From Balneolaceae bacterium (GTDB lineage: Bacteria; Bacteroidota; Rhodothermia; Balneolales; Balneolaceae), in contig REDS01000105.1 in NCBI GenBank assembly GCA_007693395.1, positions 12,619 through 76,618 of the forward strand: a DNA stretch of 64,000 nt, in the 5' to 3' direction. Of the stretch, positions 19,586 through 30,979 are shown in pieces. The notes under the pieces were generated by a model. It made no database searches and had not been told where the DNA came from. It was given only the letters and a program-made list of their open reading frames with translations. Position 1 is the stretch's first letter. Every line of letters starts with the position of its first letter. Both the position numbers and the translations under genes were made by a program.

Positions 19586-20779
19586 TTGTCTGATAGTCCA
19601 AATACCGACTCTTTTTATCGCCACATTGCTCAAACCAGTGATGCACCGATGGGAATCGAGATTGAGAGAGCTGAAGGCTGTTTTATATACACCAAAAGCG
19701 GAGAGCGGTATACAGATTTGATTTCAGGAATTGCAGTCAGCAGCCTCGGCCATCGCCACCCTGAAGTGATAAAAGCCATACAGAAGCAGCTGGAAAAGCA
19801 CCTCCATGTTATGGTGTACGGAGAGTTTATCCAGGAACCCCAAAGCCGTTTCGCCGAACGGTTATGCAAGCAACTACCGGAATCACTCGATCGTGTCTAC
19901 TTTGTGAACAGCGGAACCGAAGCGATTGAAGGTGCCCTTAAACTTGCAAAAAAGTTTACGGGCAGAAGTAAACTTGTGGCCCTTCAGAACAGCTATCATG
20001 GGGATACACACGGCTCTCTTAGTGTTACAGGGCGAAATGTGTATCGTGATCCGTATGAGCCGCTTTTGCCAAATGTTCATTTTTTAGAATTTAACCGGAT
20101 TGAAGGGCTTGATACCATCGACAGTGAAACTGCTGCTGTGATACTCGAACCTATTCAGGGGGAAGGCGGCGTAATACCAGCAGATACGGCATGGCTTAAA
20201 GAGATCAAAAAACGGTGCGATGAAACCGGGACTCTGTTGATTTTTGATGAAATCCAGACCGGGTTTTTCAGGACAGGCTCACTCTTCGCATTTCAACACT
20301 ATGGAGTAATACCCGATATACTCTGCCTGGCAAAAGCGATGGGCGGAGGTATGCCGATGGGTGCGTTTGTCTCCTCTACAGAAATTTTTGAAGTATTCAA
20401 ACACGATCCGCCACTGAACCATGTAACCACATTTGGCGGCCACCCTGTTTGTTGTGCAGCAGCTGATGCAAATTTACGAGTGCTGTTAAGTGAGAACTTT
20501 TCTGAGCGGGCAAAAGCTATTGAAAAGTGTGCCCGCGAAATTCTGCAAGGCAAAGGTATCACCGAGGTTCGGGGCAGGGGAGCAATGCTTGGACTTCAGT
20601 TACGAGACTCGAAACTCACCCAAGATGTAGTGGGTGAATGTTTCAAACAAGGAATTATTCTCGGGTGGACTCTCCATTCAAATTCACTGATCCGTATTGC
20701 ACCACCGCTCATCATGGAACAAAATCTGCTGGAAGAATCTCTTCACATAATTGCAGAAGCCATCAGAAAGTTTGCCTGA
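19586..20779 (+). CDS. Class-III PLP-dependent aminotransferase (acetylornithine/ornithine aminotransferase-like)
   Basis: 397 aa. Diagnostic strings are SGIAVSSLGHRHPEV, FVNSGTEAIEGALKLA, LIFDEIQTGFFRTG and CLAKAMGGGMPMGAF (PLP-Lys). The conserved N-terminal FYRHIAQTS lies upstream of the first ATG, so the TTG at 19586 is the likely start. Confidence 0.85.
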   Translation: MSDSPNTDSFYRHIAQTSDAPMGIEIERAEGCFIYTKSGERYTDLISGIAVSSLGHRHPEVIKAIQKQLEKHLHVMVYGEFIQEPQSRFAERLCKQLPESLDRVYFVNSGTEAIEGALKLAKKFTGRSKLVALQNSYHGDTHGSLSVTGRNVYRDPYEPLLPNVHFLEFNRIEGLDTIDSETAAVILEPIQGEGGVIPADTAWLKEIKKRCDETGTLLIFDEIQTGFFRTGSLFAFQHYGVIPDILCLAKAMGGGMPMGAFVSSTEIFEVFKHDPPLNHVTTFGGHPVCCAAADANLRVLLSENFSERAKAIEKCAREILQGKGITEVRGRGAMLGLQLRDSKLTQDVVGECFKQGIILGWTLHSNSLIRIAPPLIMEQNLLEESLHIIAEAIRKFA

Positions 20780-20972
20780 AGAAGCAGGTAAACAGAATCA
20801 CAAAGATTCTACTGAAATTTTCACTGCAATACCTCGGCTTCATCAGGTTGGGTACTTACGCCAGGTTGTGGTAGGGATTTTAGGAAGTGGCACAAGTGGA
20901 TACTTGCGCCAGGATAAGGGCCATTTCATTATGATCGTGGAGGTATTTTGTTTGCAGGAAACTGGAAAAACT

Positions 20973-23663
20973 TTACCCCTCATACTCCGATAACTGCGCC
21001 ACAAGCTTTTCGAGATTGGTTTCGGCGTCCGCTTTTTTCTGACGCTCTTTTTCAACAACAGCTTCCGGCGCATTCTCTACAAACCCTTTGTTCGAAAGCT
21101 TGGCATCAATACCTTTCATAAAACCCTTCAGGCGATCAATCTCTTTCTGAATACGTTCCCGTTCCACGTCGAGATCAATCAATCCTTCAAGCGGAATGAA
21201 GATTTCAGAACCCTCCACAACCGAAGCGGCTGAGGCTTTTGGTTTTTCTGCGGCAACATCAAATGTTAATCGCTCAACAGGTAGCAGTTTTTTGTAGATC
21301 CAGCCGGAGTTTTCGAGCTGTTTTGCCAATTCACTGTTTTTTGGTTTTATGATGATCTTCAATGCCGATTTCGGAGCAAGATTCATCTCTGCCTGGATAT
21401 TTCGAATGGCTGATATCTGAGATTGCACAGCGCCAAATAACTCAACCGATTCAGGAAATCTCTCATCACGAATTTCCGGCCATGTACTGATTGTGAGTGC
21501 CTCATCAGCGGATCGCTCACGGATTCTCTGCCAGATCTCTTCCGTGATAAACGGCATAAACGGGTGGAGCATTTTCATCAGAATTTCGAAGAAACCGAGA
21601 GCTCGTTCCAGATTCTCTTTGGGCATTTTTTCGCCAATCTGGTCCGATTTGCATACTTCGATATACCAGTCACAGAAATCATCCCAAACAAGTGAGTAGA
21701 TTTTCTTGAGGGCTTCATTGAGCCGATACTTTTCAAAATCATCCTCCATCTCTGCCAGTGTAGTCCGGATGCGTCCCAACATCCATTTATCGGCAAGATT
21801 CTCAGGATCAATTTCAGTGGTTGGTGTGTAGGATTCATTCTCATCCATATTCATGGTGAGAAACCGGAATGCATTCCAGATTTTATTTGAAAAATTTCGT
21901 CCCTGTTCGCAAAGGGCTTCATCAAAAAGAAGATCATTACCGGCCGGTGCTGAGAATAACATGCCGGTACGGGTGCCATCTGCACCATATTTCTTGATCA
22001 GCTCAAGCGGATCGGGTGAGTTGCCAAGAGATTTCGACATTTTCCGCCGCTTTTCATCCCGTACAATACCGTGGTAATAGACATTGCTGAACGGTTTTTC
22101 ATCTGCAAAGGCGTAACCGGCCATAATCATCCGGGCAACCCAGAAAAACATAATTTCAGGTGCGGTAACCAGGTCCTGAGTGGGGTAGTAGTACTCAAGT
22201 TCCGGGTTAGCCTTTTTATTTCGCACAAATTCCGGATCAAAAACCGAAATGGGCCACAGCCATGATGAAAACCACGTATCGAGCACATCTTCATCTTGTC
22301 TCAAACGTTCTCTGGAGAGATTTGAATTTCCTGATTTTTCTTTCGCTAACGAGAAGGCTTCATCGGCGGTACGGGCTATCACATAGTCATTTTCTCCGTC
22401 ACCATAATACCAGGCGGGAATCCGGTGTCCCCACCAGAGTTGTCTTGAAATACACCAGTCGCGAATGTTCTCCATCCAGTTGCGATAGCTGTTTTTGAAT
22501 TTGGCAGGATGGAACTGAATATCGTCGTTCATTACATGATCGAGAGCGGGTTTGCTCAGATCATTCATTTTCAAAAACCACTGAAGCGAAAGACGCGGCT
22601 CTATTACTACATCGGTTCGCTCAGAGTAGCCCACTTTGTTGTTCATCTCTTCAACCTTCATGAGCAGGCCAAAATCTTCAAGATCTTTTGCGATACGCTT
22701 TCGGGCTTTAAACCGGTCTTCGCCTACGTAAAATTTTGCTTCTTTGGCCATGGTGCCATCAGCATTGAGGATGTCAATTACCTCAAGCCCGTGTTTCACT
22801 CCAAGTTCGTAATCATTAGGGTCGTGGGCAGGGGTGATTTTCAGGCAGCCTGTTCCAAATTCGGGGTCCACGTATTCATCAGCTATGATAGGTACTTCGC
22901 GATTCACCATCGGGATGATGGCGGTTTTACCCACAAGATGTTTATAACGTTCATCATCAGGATTTACGCAAACAGCGGTATCAGCGAGAATGGTTTCGGG
23001 CCGGGTTGTGGCGATGGTTACATATTCATCAGAATCTTTGATCGGGTAGCGAACATGATAAAATTTGGATTGTACCTCCTTGTGGATGACCTCTTCATCG
23101 CTCAGGGCGGTTTGTGCGGCCGGGTCCCAGTTTACCATCCGAAGTCCGCGATAGATCAGCCCGCGGTTGTACAGTTCAATAAAGCAGTCGATTACGGTTT
23201 CGTAGAGCTCATCTTCGAGAGTGAAACGTGTGCGCTGCCAGTCGCACGATGCGCCCAGTTTTTTTAACTGCTCAAGGATAATGCCTCCATGCTCATCGGT
23301 CCAGTTCCAGGCGTGTTTCAGGAACTCGTCGCGGGAGAGATCACTCTTTTTGATCCCTTCTTTGCGCAGTTTTTGAACCACTTTTGCTTCGGTTGCAATG
23401 GATGCGTGATCGGTTCCCGGCACCCAGCAGGCATTTTTTCCAAGCATTCGGGCACGGCGCACAAGCACATCCTGGATGGTGTTGTTGAGCATGTGGCCCA
23501 TGTGAAGCACACCGGTTACGTTTGGTGGTGGGATCACAACGGTAAATGATTCACGCTCATCCGGTTCGGAGTGAAAGTAGCCGTTTTCCTCCCAGTAGGT
23601 GTACCACTTCTCTTCGGTTTCGGCGGGGTTGTATTGCTTGGGTATATCTTGATCTTTACTCAT
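20973..23663 (-). CDS. valS: Valine--tRNA ligase
   Basis: HIGH motif PPNVTGVLHMGHML, KMSKS motif RKMSKSLGN, and a C-terminal coiled coil. The start is set at MSKDQDIPKQYNPAETEEKWY (ATG 23663..23661) rather than the ORF-track start at 23705. Confidence 0.95.
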   Translation of the reverse strand: MSKDQDIPKQYNPAETEEKWYTYWEENGYFHSEPDERESFTVVIPPPNVTGVLHMGHMLNNTIQDVLVRRARMLGKNACWVPGTDHASIATEAKVVQKLRKEGIKKSDLSRDEFLKHAWNWTDEHGGIILEQLKKLGASCDWQRTRFTLEDELYETVIDCFIELYNRGLIYRGLRMVNWDPAAQTALSDEEVIHKEVQSKFYHVRYPIKDSDEYVTIATTRPETILADTAVCVNPDDERYKHLVGKTAIIPMVNREVPIIADEYVDPEFGTGCLKITPAHDPNDYELGVKHGLEVIDILNADGTMAKEAKFYVGEDRFKARKRIAKDLEDFGLLMKVEEMNNKVGYSERTDVVIEPRLSLQWFLKMNDLSKPALDHVMNDDIQFHPAKFKNSYRNWMENIRDWCISRQLWWGHRIPAWYYGDGENDYVIARTADEAFSLAKEKSGNSNLSRERLRQDEDVLDTWFSSWLWPISVFDPEFVRNKKANPELEYYYPTQDLVTAPEIMFFWVARMIMAGYAFADEKPFSNVYYHGIVRDEKRRKMSKSLGNSPDPLELIKKYGADGTRTGMLFSAPAGNDLLFDEALCEQGRNFSNKIWNAFRFLTMNMDENESYTPTTEIDPENLADKWMLGRIRTTLAEMEDDFEKYRLNEALKKIYSLVWDDFCDWYIEVCKSDQIGEKMPKENLERALGFFEILMKMLHPFMPFITEEIWQRIRERSADEALTISTWPEIRDERFPESVELFGAVQSQISAIRNIQAEMNLAPKSALKIIIKPKNSELAKQLENSGWIYKKLLPVERLTFDVAAEKPKASAASVVEGSEIFIPLEGLIDLDVERERIQKEIDRLKGFMKGIDAKLSNKGFVENAPEAVVEKERQKKADAETNLEKLVAQLSEYEG

Positions 23664-23680
23664 AAATGGATAAGGTTTAA

Positions 23681-23740
23681 CCGCAAAGGACGCTGAGTGC
23701 CGCAAAGATTACCCTTGGCGATTCTTAGCGTCCTTTGCGG
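23681..23740 (-). terminator. 14-bp-stem inverted repeat between the rsmB stop and the valS start (rsmB terminator and/or valS leader structure)
   Basis: CCGCAAAGGACGCT (23681..23694) is the exact reverse complement of AGCGTCCTTTGCGG (23727..23740). A second CCGCAAAG copy at 23700..23707 could pair alternatively. There is an A-run on one side but only a weak U-tract in the transcribed (minus) direction. Confidence 0.35.
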
Positions 23741-23751
23741 TTTTTCACATA

Positions 23752-25080
23752 TTACTTGACTCTTTTCAGGCGAACTCCGAAGTGTCCGTCACAGCCGTGA
23801 ATATGGGGGAGTGTTTGATAAGCTAATCCGCCTTCAGCAAGTACCTCTTCCGGCAGAAATTCATCGAGTGGTTCAAGCTCGAAGTTATCGTACTTTTTGA
23901 GGAAGTTTTGAATCTGTTCCCAATTCTCTTCCGGTTCGATTGAACAGGTGCTGTACACAAGGCGACCACCTCGTTTCACATGATTTGCAGCTTCATCCAG
24001 CAACTCTTCCTGTAATTTTACGGAATTTTCAAGCTCTTCTTCTGTTCGTTTCCATCGCAGATCGGCACGCTTGCTCAGCACACCTGTACCTGTGCATGGA
24101 GCATCAAGAAGAACACCATCTGCCAGTTTCAGATTGAGTTCGCGGACATCATCCTGCCGTATTTTCATATTTTCAGCACCATAATCCATAGCGCTTTGGG
24201 CAAGCATTTCGAGCCGATTTGGATTGATATCCACAGCGATGATGGTTCCTTCACCCTCCATCATATTGCTCATTACAATACTTTTGGTGCCGGGTGCAGC
24301 GCAGAGATCGTAAATGGTTTCGCCGGGCAGCGGCTCAAGAATTGTGGGAGCAAATCCGGCGGCGATATCCTGCACCAGACATATACCTTTTTTCAGAAGA
24401 TCTTTTTCAATAAACGGGGCAATCGAATCTACTTTAAAGTAGCCCGGCAGCCAGTCGCTCTCTTCATATTCAACATCGAGCTTTTCCATTCGCAGGATAA
24501 AATTTTCTGTTTTTGTGCGAAGGTTATTCACCCTTATGTAATAAGCCGGCCGTTGATTATTTGCCTGCATCAGCTGGAAAGCTTCGCGTTCGCCAAAGCG
24601 CTGTACCCATCGTTTTACCATCCACTCAGGATGTGAAAAGGTAGTGGCCACCAGTTTTGTGCGATCTTCAAATGCCGGTTTTGGGAGGTTGTCGATATCC
24701 CGCTGGATGTTTCTGAGAATGGCGTTAACCAGATCGCCTGATTTTGATCCTAACTTAAGTTTTGCAATTTCAACAGCTTCATTGATGGAGGCATAATCGG
24801 GTGTGCCGCTCATAAAAAGAAGTTCGTAGAGGCCGAGCCTGAGGATGTTTTTGAGCAGGGATTTCATCTCCTCCACATCAATACTTGAAAATTCATTGAT
24901 TATAAAATCCAGGTAGCTTCTTCTGCGTAAAATGTTTTGAACATATTCGCGAACCTGTGCACGCTCTCTGGGTTCAAGTTCGTTGGCATCAGCAAAACTC
25001 AGGTTTCCTGTGTCATCAAAATTTAGCAGTAAATCAACACTCGTAGATCTTGCGGTAGCTTCTTTTTCCAATGTTTTCAA
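23752..25080 (-). CDS. rsmB: 16S rRNA (cytosine967-C5)-methyltransferase
   Basis: 442 aa. An N-terminal NusB-like region is followed by the m5C-MTase motifs DLCAAPGTKS, LLDAPCTGTGV and YSTCSIEPEEN. Confidence 0.85.
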   Translation of the reverse strand: MKTLEKEATARSTSVDLLLNFDDTGNLSFADANELEPRERAQVREYVQNILRRRSYLDFIINEFSSIDVEEMKSLLKNILRLGLYELLFMSGTPDYASINEAVEIAKLKLGSKSGDLVNAILRNIQRDIDNLPKPAFEDRTKLVATTFSHPEWMVKRWVQRFGEREAFQLMQANNQRPAYYIRVNNLRTKTENFILRMEKLDVEYEESDWLPGYFKVDSIAPFIEKDLLKKGICLVQDIAAGFAPTILEPLPGETIYDLCAAPGTKSIVMSNMMEGEGTIIAVDINPNRLEMLAQSAMDYGAENMKIRQDDVRELNLKLADGVLLDAPCTGTGVLSKRADLRWKRTEEELENSVKLQEELLDEAANHVKRGGRLVYSTCSIEPEENWEQIQNFLKKYDNFELEPLDEFLPEEVLAEGGLAYQTLPHIHGCDGHFGVRLKRVK

Positions 25081-25694
25081 ATATTTATAATGTTATATCT
25101 CCAGCTGAAATTGCTTTGCTCCCGGATGGTTTTTTCCAAAAGAAAAACAGTCTTAAATATAGAGCTTTATGCCTCTTTTTGCTAATCAGGATCGGCATTA
25201 AATAGTACAGAAGGGTGCAGGTATCAATCCCCTTGTCGTTAATGAGCTTCAGAAATAGACTACAATTCTCAAATGAGATTATCAGGCAAGAAATTGGATT
25301 TTTTATGAATGGAAGACTCTGAAAGAATCAGATAACACAGCATAGGGAAACGCCCTATGAAAGTGGAGTAAATTAAAAAAATCCCGAGGTGGATGGTTTG
25401 ATCAACGCAGCGGAACTGAATCGAGGGATGTTATAGGCATTTAAAATGAGAATGGGCTGATTCGGTTACTATTTGTGACTGTAGATAATGATATTTTCTA
25501 CCATATAATCAATGCAAAACACCCTGCAGAAAAAATTAAATCTACGCCAACGGACAAGTTGTGTAGTCCGAGAAAAACCAAAATGCGGATATACTACATG
25601 ACAGGTTTTATAATGATATTTCCATTTTGGATCGTAGTTTTATAACATGTAGAAATGCTGATTTTTGATTGTAACTGAAAAGTAGTTAAAACAG

Positions 25695-27314
25695 ATGATT
25701 GCCGGGTTTGAACTTTGGGTATTCCTTGCCGGTCTTGGGATATTCCTGTTTGGAATGCATATGATGGAGGAGTCGATCCGGCTGCTGAGTGGCGGGGCAT
25801 TCCGGTCGCTTATCAGAAAGTACACCGATACGAAGCTGAAAGCTATCTCAAGCGGGATTTTCAGTACAGCAATTCTTCAGAGCAGTTCAGCAGTTTCTCT
25901 GATGGTTCTGGCCTTTGTGGGTGCCGGAATAATGACGCTTACTCAAGCCATTGCCGTAATGATGGGTACCAAGGTTGGTACTACGGCAACGGCGTGGATT
26001 GTGGCTGTATTTGGCTTCAAATTCAACATAGATGCATTTTCACTTCCATTGATTGGAATTGGCGGATTGGGCATCATTCTTCTTGCTAAATCTCCCCGAT
26101 ATGTGAATATCAGTAAGTTTATGGTGGCTTTCGGGTTTCTCTTTATGGGGCTCGATTATATGAAAAACAGTGTGGATCAACTTGCTGAGGTTATCGATCC
26201 TGCCATGTTTGCCGGCTATGGAGTGATTGTTTTTGCCATTGTTGGGATGGTGATGACCGCCATAATGCAGAGCAGTTCGGCTACCATTGCAATTGTTCTC
26301 ACCATGCTTTTTAGCGGGGTAATCACCTTCAGCTCGGGTGCTGCGATGGTAATCGGGGCGAATGTGGGCACAACCGTAACCGTTTTACTCGGTTCGATTG
26401 GGGGGATTGTTTCAAAAAAGCAGGCGGCATTAAGCCAGCTTATTTTTACGGTGAGTACGGCTGTTATTACTCTTTTGGTTTTACCGCTGCTTACCTGGCT
26501 GGTGCTGGATCTTCTCGGATTTGAAGAAAACCTGGTTCTTGGCCTGGCACTCTTTCACTCTATTTTTAACGTCATAGGGGTGATTGTTTTCTATCCATTT
26601 ATCGGGAATCTGGCTGGATTTGCAGAGAAACGTATTCAGGAGAAGCAGGAAACGTTCAGTAAATATATCTATCGAACCGAGCCTTCTGTTTCGGATGCGG
26701 GTTTAGAGGCACTTCGTAAGGAGATATCCCGGCAGCTTCGGTATTCACTATTATTCATCAACCAAACCATAAACCCCGGCCGGCATGGTAAGCATATTAT
26801 GTATGGTGATTTGGTGCAGTATCACGGGGAAATATTTGAGTATTACACAAGAGTGATCTCTCACGAGATGGAAAAGCCTCTTCAGGAGAAAACGGATAAG
26901 ATGCTACGGGCAAGCAGAAATATTATGAATGCATCTAAAAATATTTATGATCTGCGCGATGAATTAATGATTCTGCATAGTGAGACGGATCTATCACATC
27001 AGAAAGCGAGTAAATCACTGTCAGAGAGGCTGCAAAGAATTGTTGAAAAAGGGAAAGAGCTGAAGCTTGAAGATCCGGAAGCAGCCGGACAAACGGAGGA
27101 TGTGCAGGAGCTGCATGATTATATCGAGAGTGAAGATAAGGTATTCATAAAAATGTGTGGTGATATGCTCTCATCAAAACAGATCAAAAAGGGGGAAGTT
27201 TCTTTCTTGCTGATGATGAATCGGGTGGTAACACAATCAAACCGTATGCTTATCTATTCGATGAAAACATTGCTTGAGAGAATCTATGATGAATCGGGCA
27301 ACAGTACGAATTAA
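25695..27314 (+). CDS. Na+/phosphate cotransporter family protein (NptA-type with PhoU-like C-terminal region)
   Basis: 539 aa. The N-terminal half is polytopic with duplicated QSSSA motifs (AILQSSSAVSLM and AIMQSSSATIAIV). The soluble helical C-terminal half follows. Confidence 0.8.
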   Translation: MIAGFELWVFLAGLGIFLFGMHMMEESIRLLSGGAFRSLIRKYTDTKLKAISSGIFSTAILQSSSAVSLMVLAFVGAGIMTLTQAIAVMMGTKVGTTATAWIVAVFGFKFNIDAFSLPLIGIGGLGIILLAKSPRYVNISKFMVAFGFLFMGLDYMKNSVDQLAEVIDPAMFAGYGVIVFAIVGMVMTAIMQSSSATIAIVLTMLFSGVITFSSGAAMVIGANVGTTVTVLLGSIGGIVSKKQAALSQLIFTVSTAVITLLVLPLLTWLVLDLLGFEENLVLGLALFHSIFNVIGVIVFYPFIGNLAGFAEKRIQEKQETFSKYIYRTEPSVSDAGLEALRKEISRQLRYSLLFINQTINPGRHGKHIMYGDLVQYHGEIFEYYTRVISHEMEKPLQEKTDKMLRASRNIMNASKNIYDLRDELMILHSETDLSHQKASKSLSERLQRIVEKGKELKLEDPEAAGQTEDVQELHDYIESEDKVFIKMCGDMLSSKQIKKGEVSFLLMMNRVVTQSNRMLIYSMKTLLERIYDESGNSTN

Positions 27315-27469
27315 CCATACAAATTGGAGCCATTTTAAACCACTCTTCCTTTGATTTTTGAAACAGAAGTAACTACCTTTTTAAGCTGTAAAGAATAAGA
27401 AAATCAGGCGGCATTTTTAGCCTGCAAATAACCTATCCTTATAAGATTTACTACTTAAAAATAGATTGA

Positions 27470-28951
<1,482 letters not shown>

Positions 28952-28972
28952 AACTGAATACGGAGTATATCT

Positions 28973-29371
28973 GTGGAAAAAACTTTTTATGCGCAACTCT
29001 TAACACCGGATGGCCCCAAATTCGAAGGCGATGCGGTTAGTGTAAAAATACCGGGTACAGTAGGTAGTTTTCAGGTTCTTTATAACCACGCCCCTCTGGT
29101 TTCATCACTGGGGCTTGGAGAGATTACCATCACACAAAAAAATGGTGCTGAATTACACTACGCTGTAAACGGCGGTTTTGTAGAGATAAATGATAATCGC
29201 TGCACACTGCTTGCCGAAAAAGCCGAACTGGCTGAAGAGATCGACAAATTTGAAGCAACAAAACAGCAACAAGCACTTCGGGAAAAGCTCCAGAAAATTA
29301 GGCATAACCGTGAGGAAGCTGAGCTTGAGCTTGCAATCGTTGAAAATAAGCTGAAGGTCGCGAGCTTCTAA
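28973..29371 (+). CDS. atpC: F0F1 ATP synthase subunit epsilon
   Basis: 132 aa, immediately downstream of atpD, with a GTG start. LLTPDGPKFEG...VKIPGTVGSFQVLYNHAPL is the typical epsilon N-terminal beta-sandwich, followed by a helical C-terminus. Confidence 0.85.
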   Translation: MEKTFYAQLLTPDGPKFEGDAVSVKIPGTVGSFQVLYNHAPLVSSLGLGEITITQKNGAELHYAVNGGFVEINDNRCTLLAEKAELAEEIDKFEATKQQQALREKLQKIRHNREEAELELAIVENKLKVASF

Positions 29372-29395
29372 CACGCAGGGAACTTTTTATTTAAT

Positions 29396-29431
29396 GCCCG
29401 TTTCTTGTTACAGGAACGGGCTTTTGTTTTT
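29396..29431 (+). terminator. Rho-independent terminator of atpDC
   Basis: GCCCGTTtcttgttacaggAACGGGC is followed by TTTTGTTTTT, about 25 nt after the atpC stop. Confidence 0.7.
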
Positions 29432-29575
29432 ATAGATATTTTTGTTGCTTCATAAAACCCTTAAATATTATTCCAACATTATTGGATTGGGTGTAAACAA
29501 ATTTTTGGGGACTACTTATTTGTGTAAGTTGAAATAGGTAATAAAGTATAAAAAAACAATTTTAGGTGAAGCGTA

Positions 29576-30859
29576 ATGGCAAATACAGCACAATTTTTAG
29601 AAAAATACAAGTTAAGAGCAGCTGATATTGATATAGACAGCGTGGTTCAATCATTTTTGTCAGAAATGGAAAAAGGGCTGCAGGGATCAGACAGCTCACT
29701 TAGAATGATACCAACCTATATTGAGGCTGATAATACGTTTAAAACCGGCGTGCCCGTAACAGCAATTGATGCAGGTGGCACAAATTTCAGGGTTGCTAAA
29801 GTGATGTTTACGGATGATGGTAAACTTGAGATGAGCGAACCATTAAAAGAGAAAATGCCGGGGCAAGATGGTATGGTATCCAAAGAAGAATTCTTTACCA
29901 TCGTTGCGAATTATGTGAAAGATATTGCTGAACAAACAGATAGTATTGGGTTCTGTTTCTCATACCCAACCGAAATACTGCCCAACAAAGACGGTATTTT
30001 GTTGCAGTTCTCGAAAGAGGTTCAGGCGCCGGAAGTAATTGGTGAATTGATTGGAGAAAACCTTCTGATCTCCCTTAATATGCCGGATAAAGAGATTGTG
30101 CTGTTAAACGATACCGTTGCAACACTGCTTGCCGGTAAGTCGGCATCATTCGAGAAAGAGTACGACTCCTATATCGGTTTCATTCTGGGTACCGGAACCA
30201 ATACATGCTACATTGAGAAAAACGAAAACATCACAAAAAGCAGTAATCTTAAGCCGGGCAGAAGTCAAATCATCAATATGGAGACAGGTGCCTTCGGTAA
30301 AGCTCCACGCGGAGCATTGGATGCAGCCTTTGATGATACAACCGCAACAAAAGGTGAGTACCATTTCGAAAAAATGTTTTCAGGTGGATATTTCGGTGGA
30401 TTGGTGCATACCGTTTTGAAAGCAGCCGCTGATGAAGGGCTACTCTCTTCAGAATCTGGAAAAAAGCTTCAGGGTATGAAAGATCTTTCAACGGAGGATG
30501 TGAATATATTTCTTGATACCGAAAAAGATCACACCGGGCCATTGGCTGAAATGATTACCACAGACAGAGATCAGGAGATCAGTCGTGAAATTATCAGATC
30601 ACTTCTGGCACGTGCAGCAAAACTTGTTGCAGCTAATCTGGCTGCAGTTATCCTGAAAACAGGGAAAGGACTGGATGCCGGTAAGCCAATTCTGATAACC
30701 GTTGAGGGAACGTCATATTATAAACTTAAAGGCCTGAAAGACCAGATAGAAGCGGAATTGAGTGATTATCTTTCCGGGGAGAACCAACGGTTTTATGAGT
30801 TTACATACGTTGATCAATCAAGCCTGGTGGGCGGTGCACTTGCCGCGTTAATTGAGTAA
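29576..30859 (+). CDS. Eukaryote-type hexokinase family protein
   Basis: 427 aa. AIDAGGTNFRVAKV, IGFCFSYPTE, LLNDTVATLLAG and GFILGTGTNTCYIE correspond to the hexokinase_1/hexokinase_2 signature blocks (LDLGGTNFRV, LGFTFSFP, NDTVGTL, GLILGTGSNACY). Confidence 0.85.
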   Translation: MANTAQFLEKYKLRAADIDIDSVVQSFLSEMEKGLQGSDSSLRMIPTYIEADNTFKTGVPVTAIDAGGTNFRVAKVMFTDDGKLEMSEPLKEKMPGQDGMVSKEEFFTIVANYVKDIAEQTDSIGFCFSYPTEILPNKDGILLQFSKEVQAPEVIGELIGENLLISLNMPDKEIVLLNDTVATLLAGKSASFEKEYDSYIGFILGTGTNTCYIEKNENITKSSNLKPGRSQIINMETGAFGKAPRGALDAAFDDTTATKGEYHFEKMFSGGYFGGLVHTVLKAAADEGLLSSESGKKLQGMKDLSTEDVNIFLDTEKDHTGPLAEMITTDRDQEISREIIRSLLARAAKLVAANLAAVILKTGKGLDAGKPILITVEGTSYYKLKGLKDQIEAELSDYLSGENQRFYEFTYVDQSSLVGGALAALIE

Positions 30860-30979
30860 CCGGAAGATTTGCAGTTTTCATTACCAACACATCTAATTTT
30901 CTCGCAGGATTTAGTGAATATTAAGTAGATTGACTCGGTTGAAAAAGGAAATTGTATCCAAGAATTCTGCTAATACACC

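Noticed and set aside
20844-20913. Imperfect direct repeats GGTACTTACGCCAGG and GGATACTTGCGCCAGG, plus an 8-bp G:U-containing hairpin, in the convergent spacer between the aminotransferase gene and valS
   Set aside because: The repeats are short and imperfect, have no flanking U-tract and match no known element. They are probably weak termination structures or chance similarity.
22509-23267. 252-aa plus-strand ORF, with several shorter ones between 21493 and 23549, inside the valS region
   Set aside because: They lie entirely antisense to a full-length, motif-perfect valS (HIGH and KMSKS present). The translations are low-complexity and carry no recognisable motif, which is typical of shadow ORFs.
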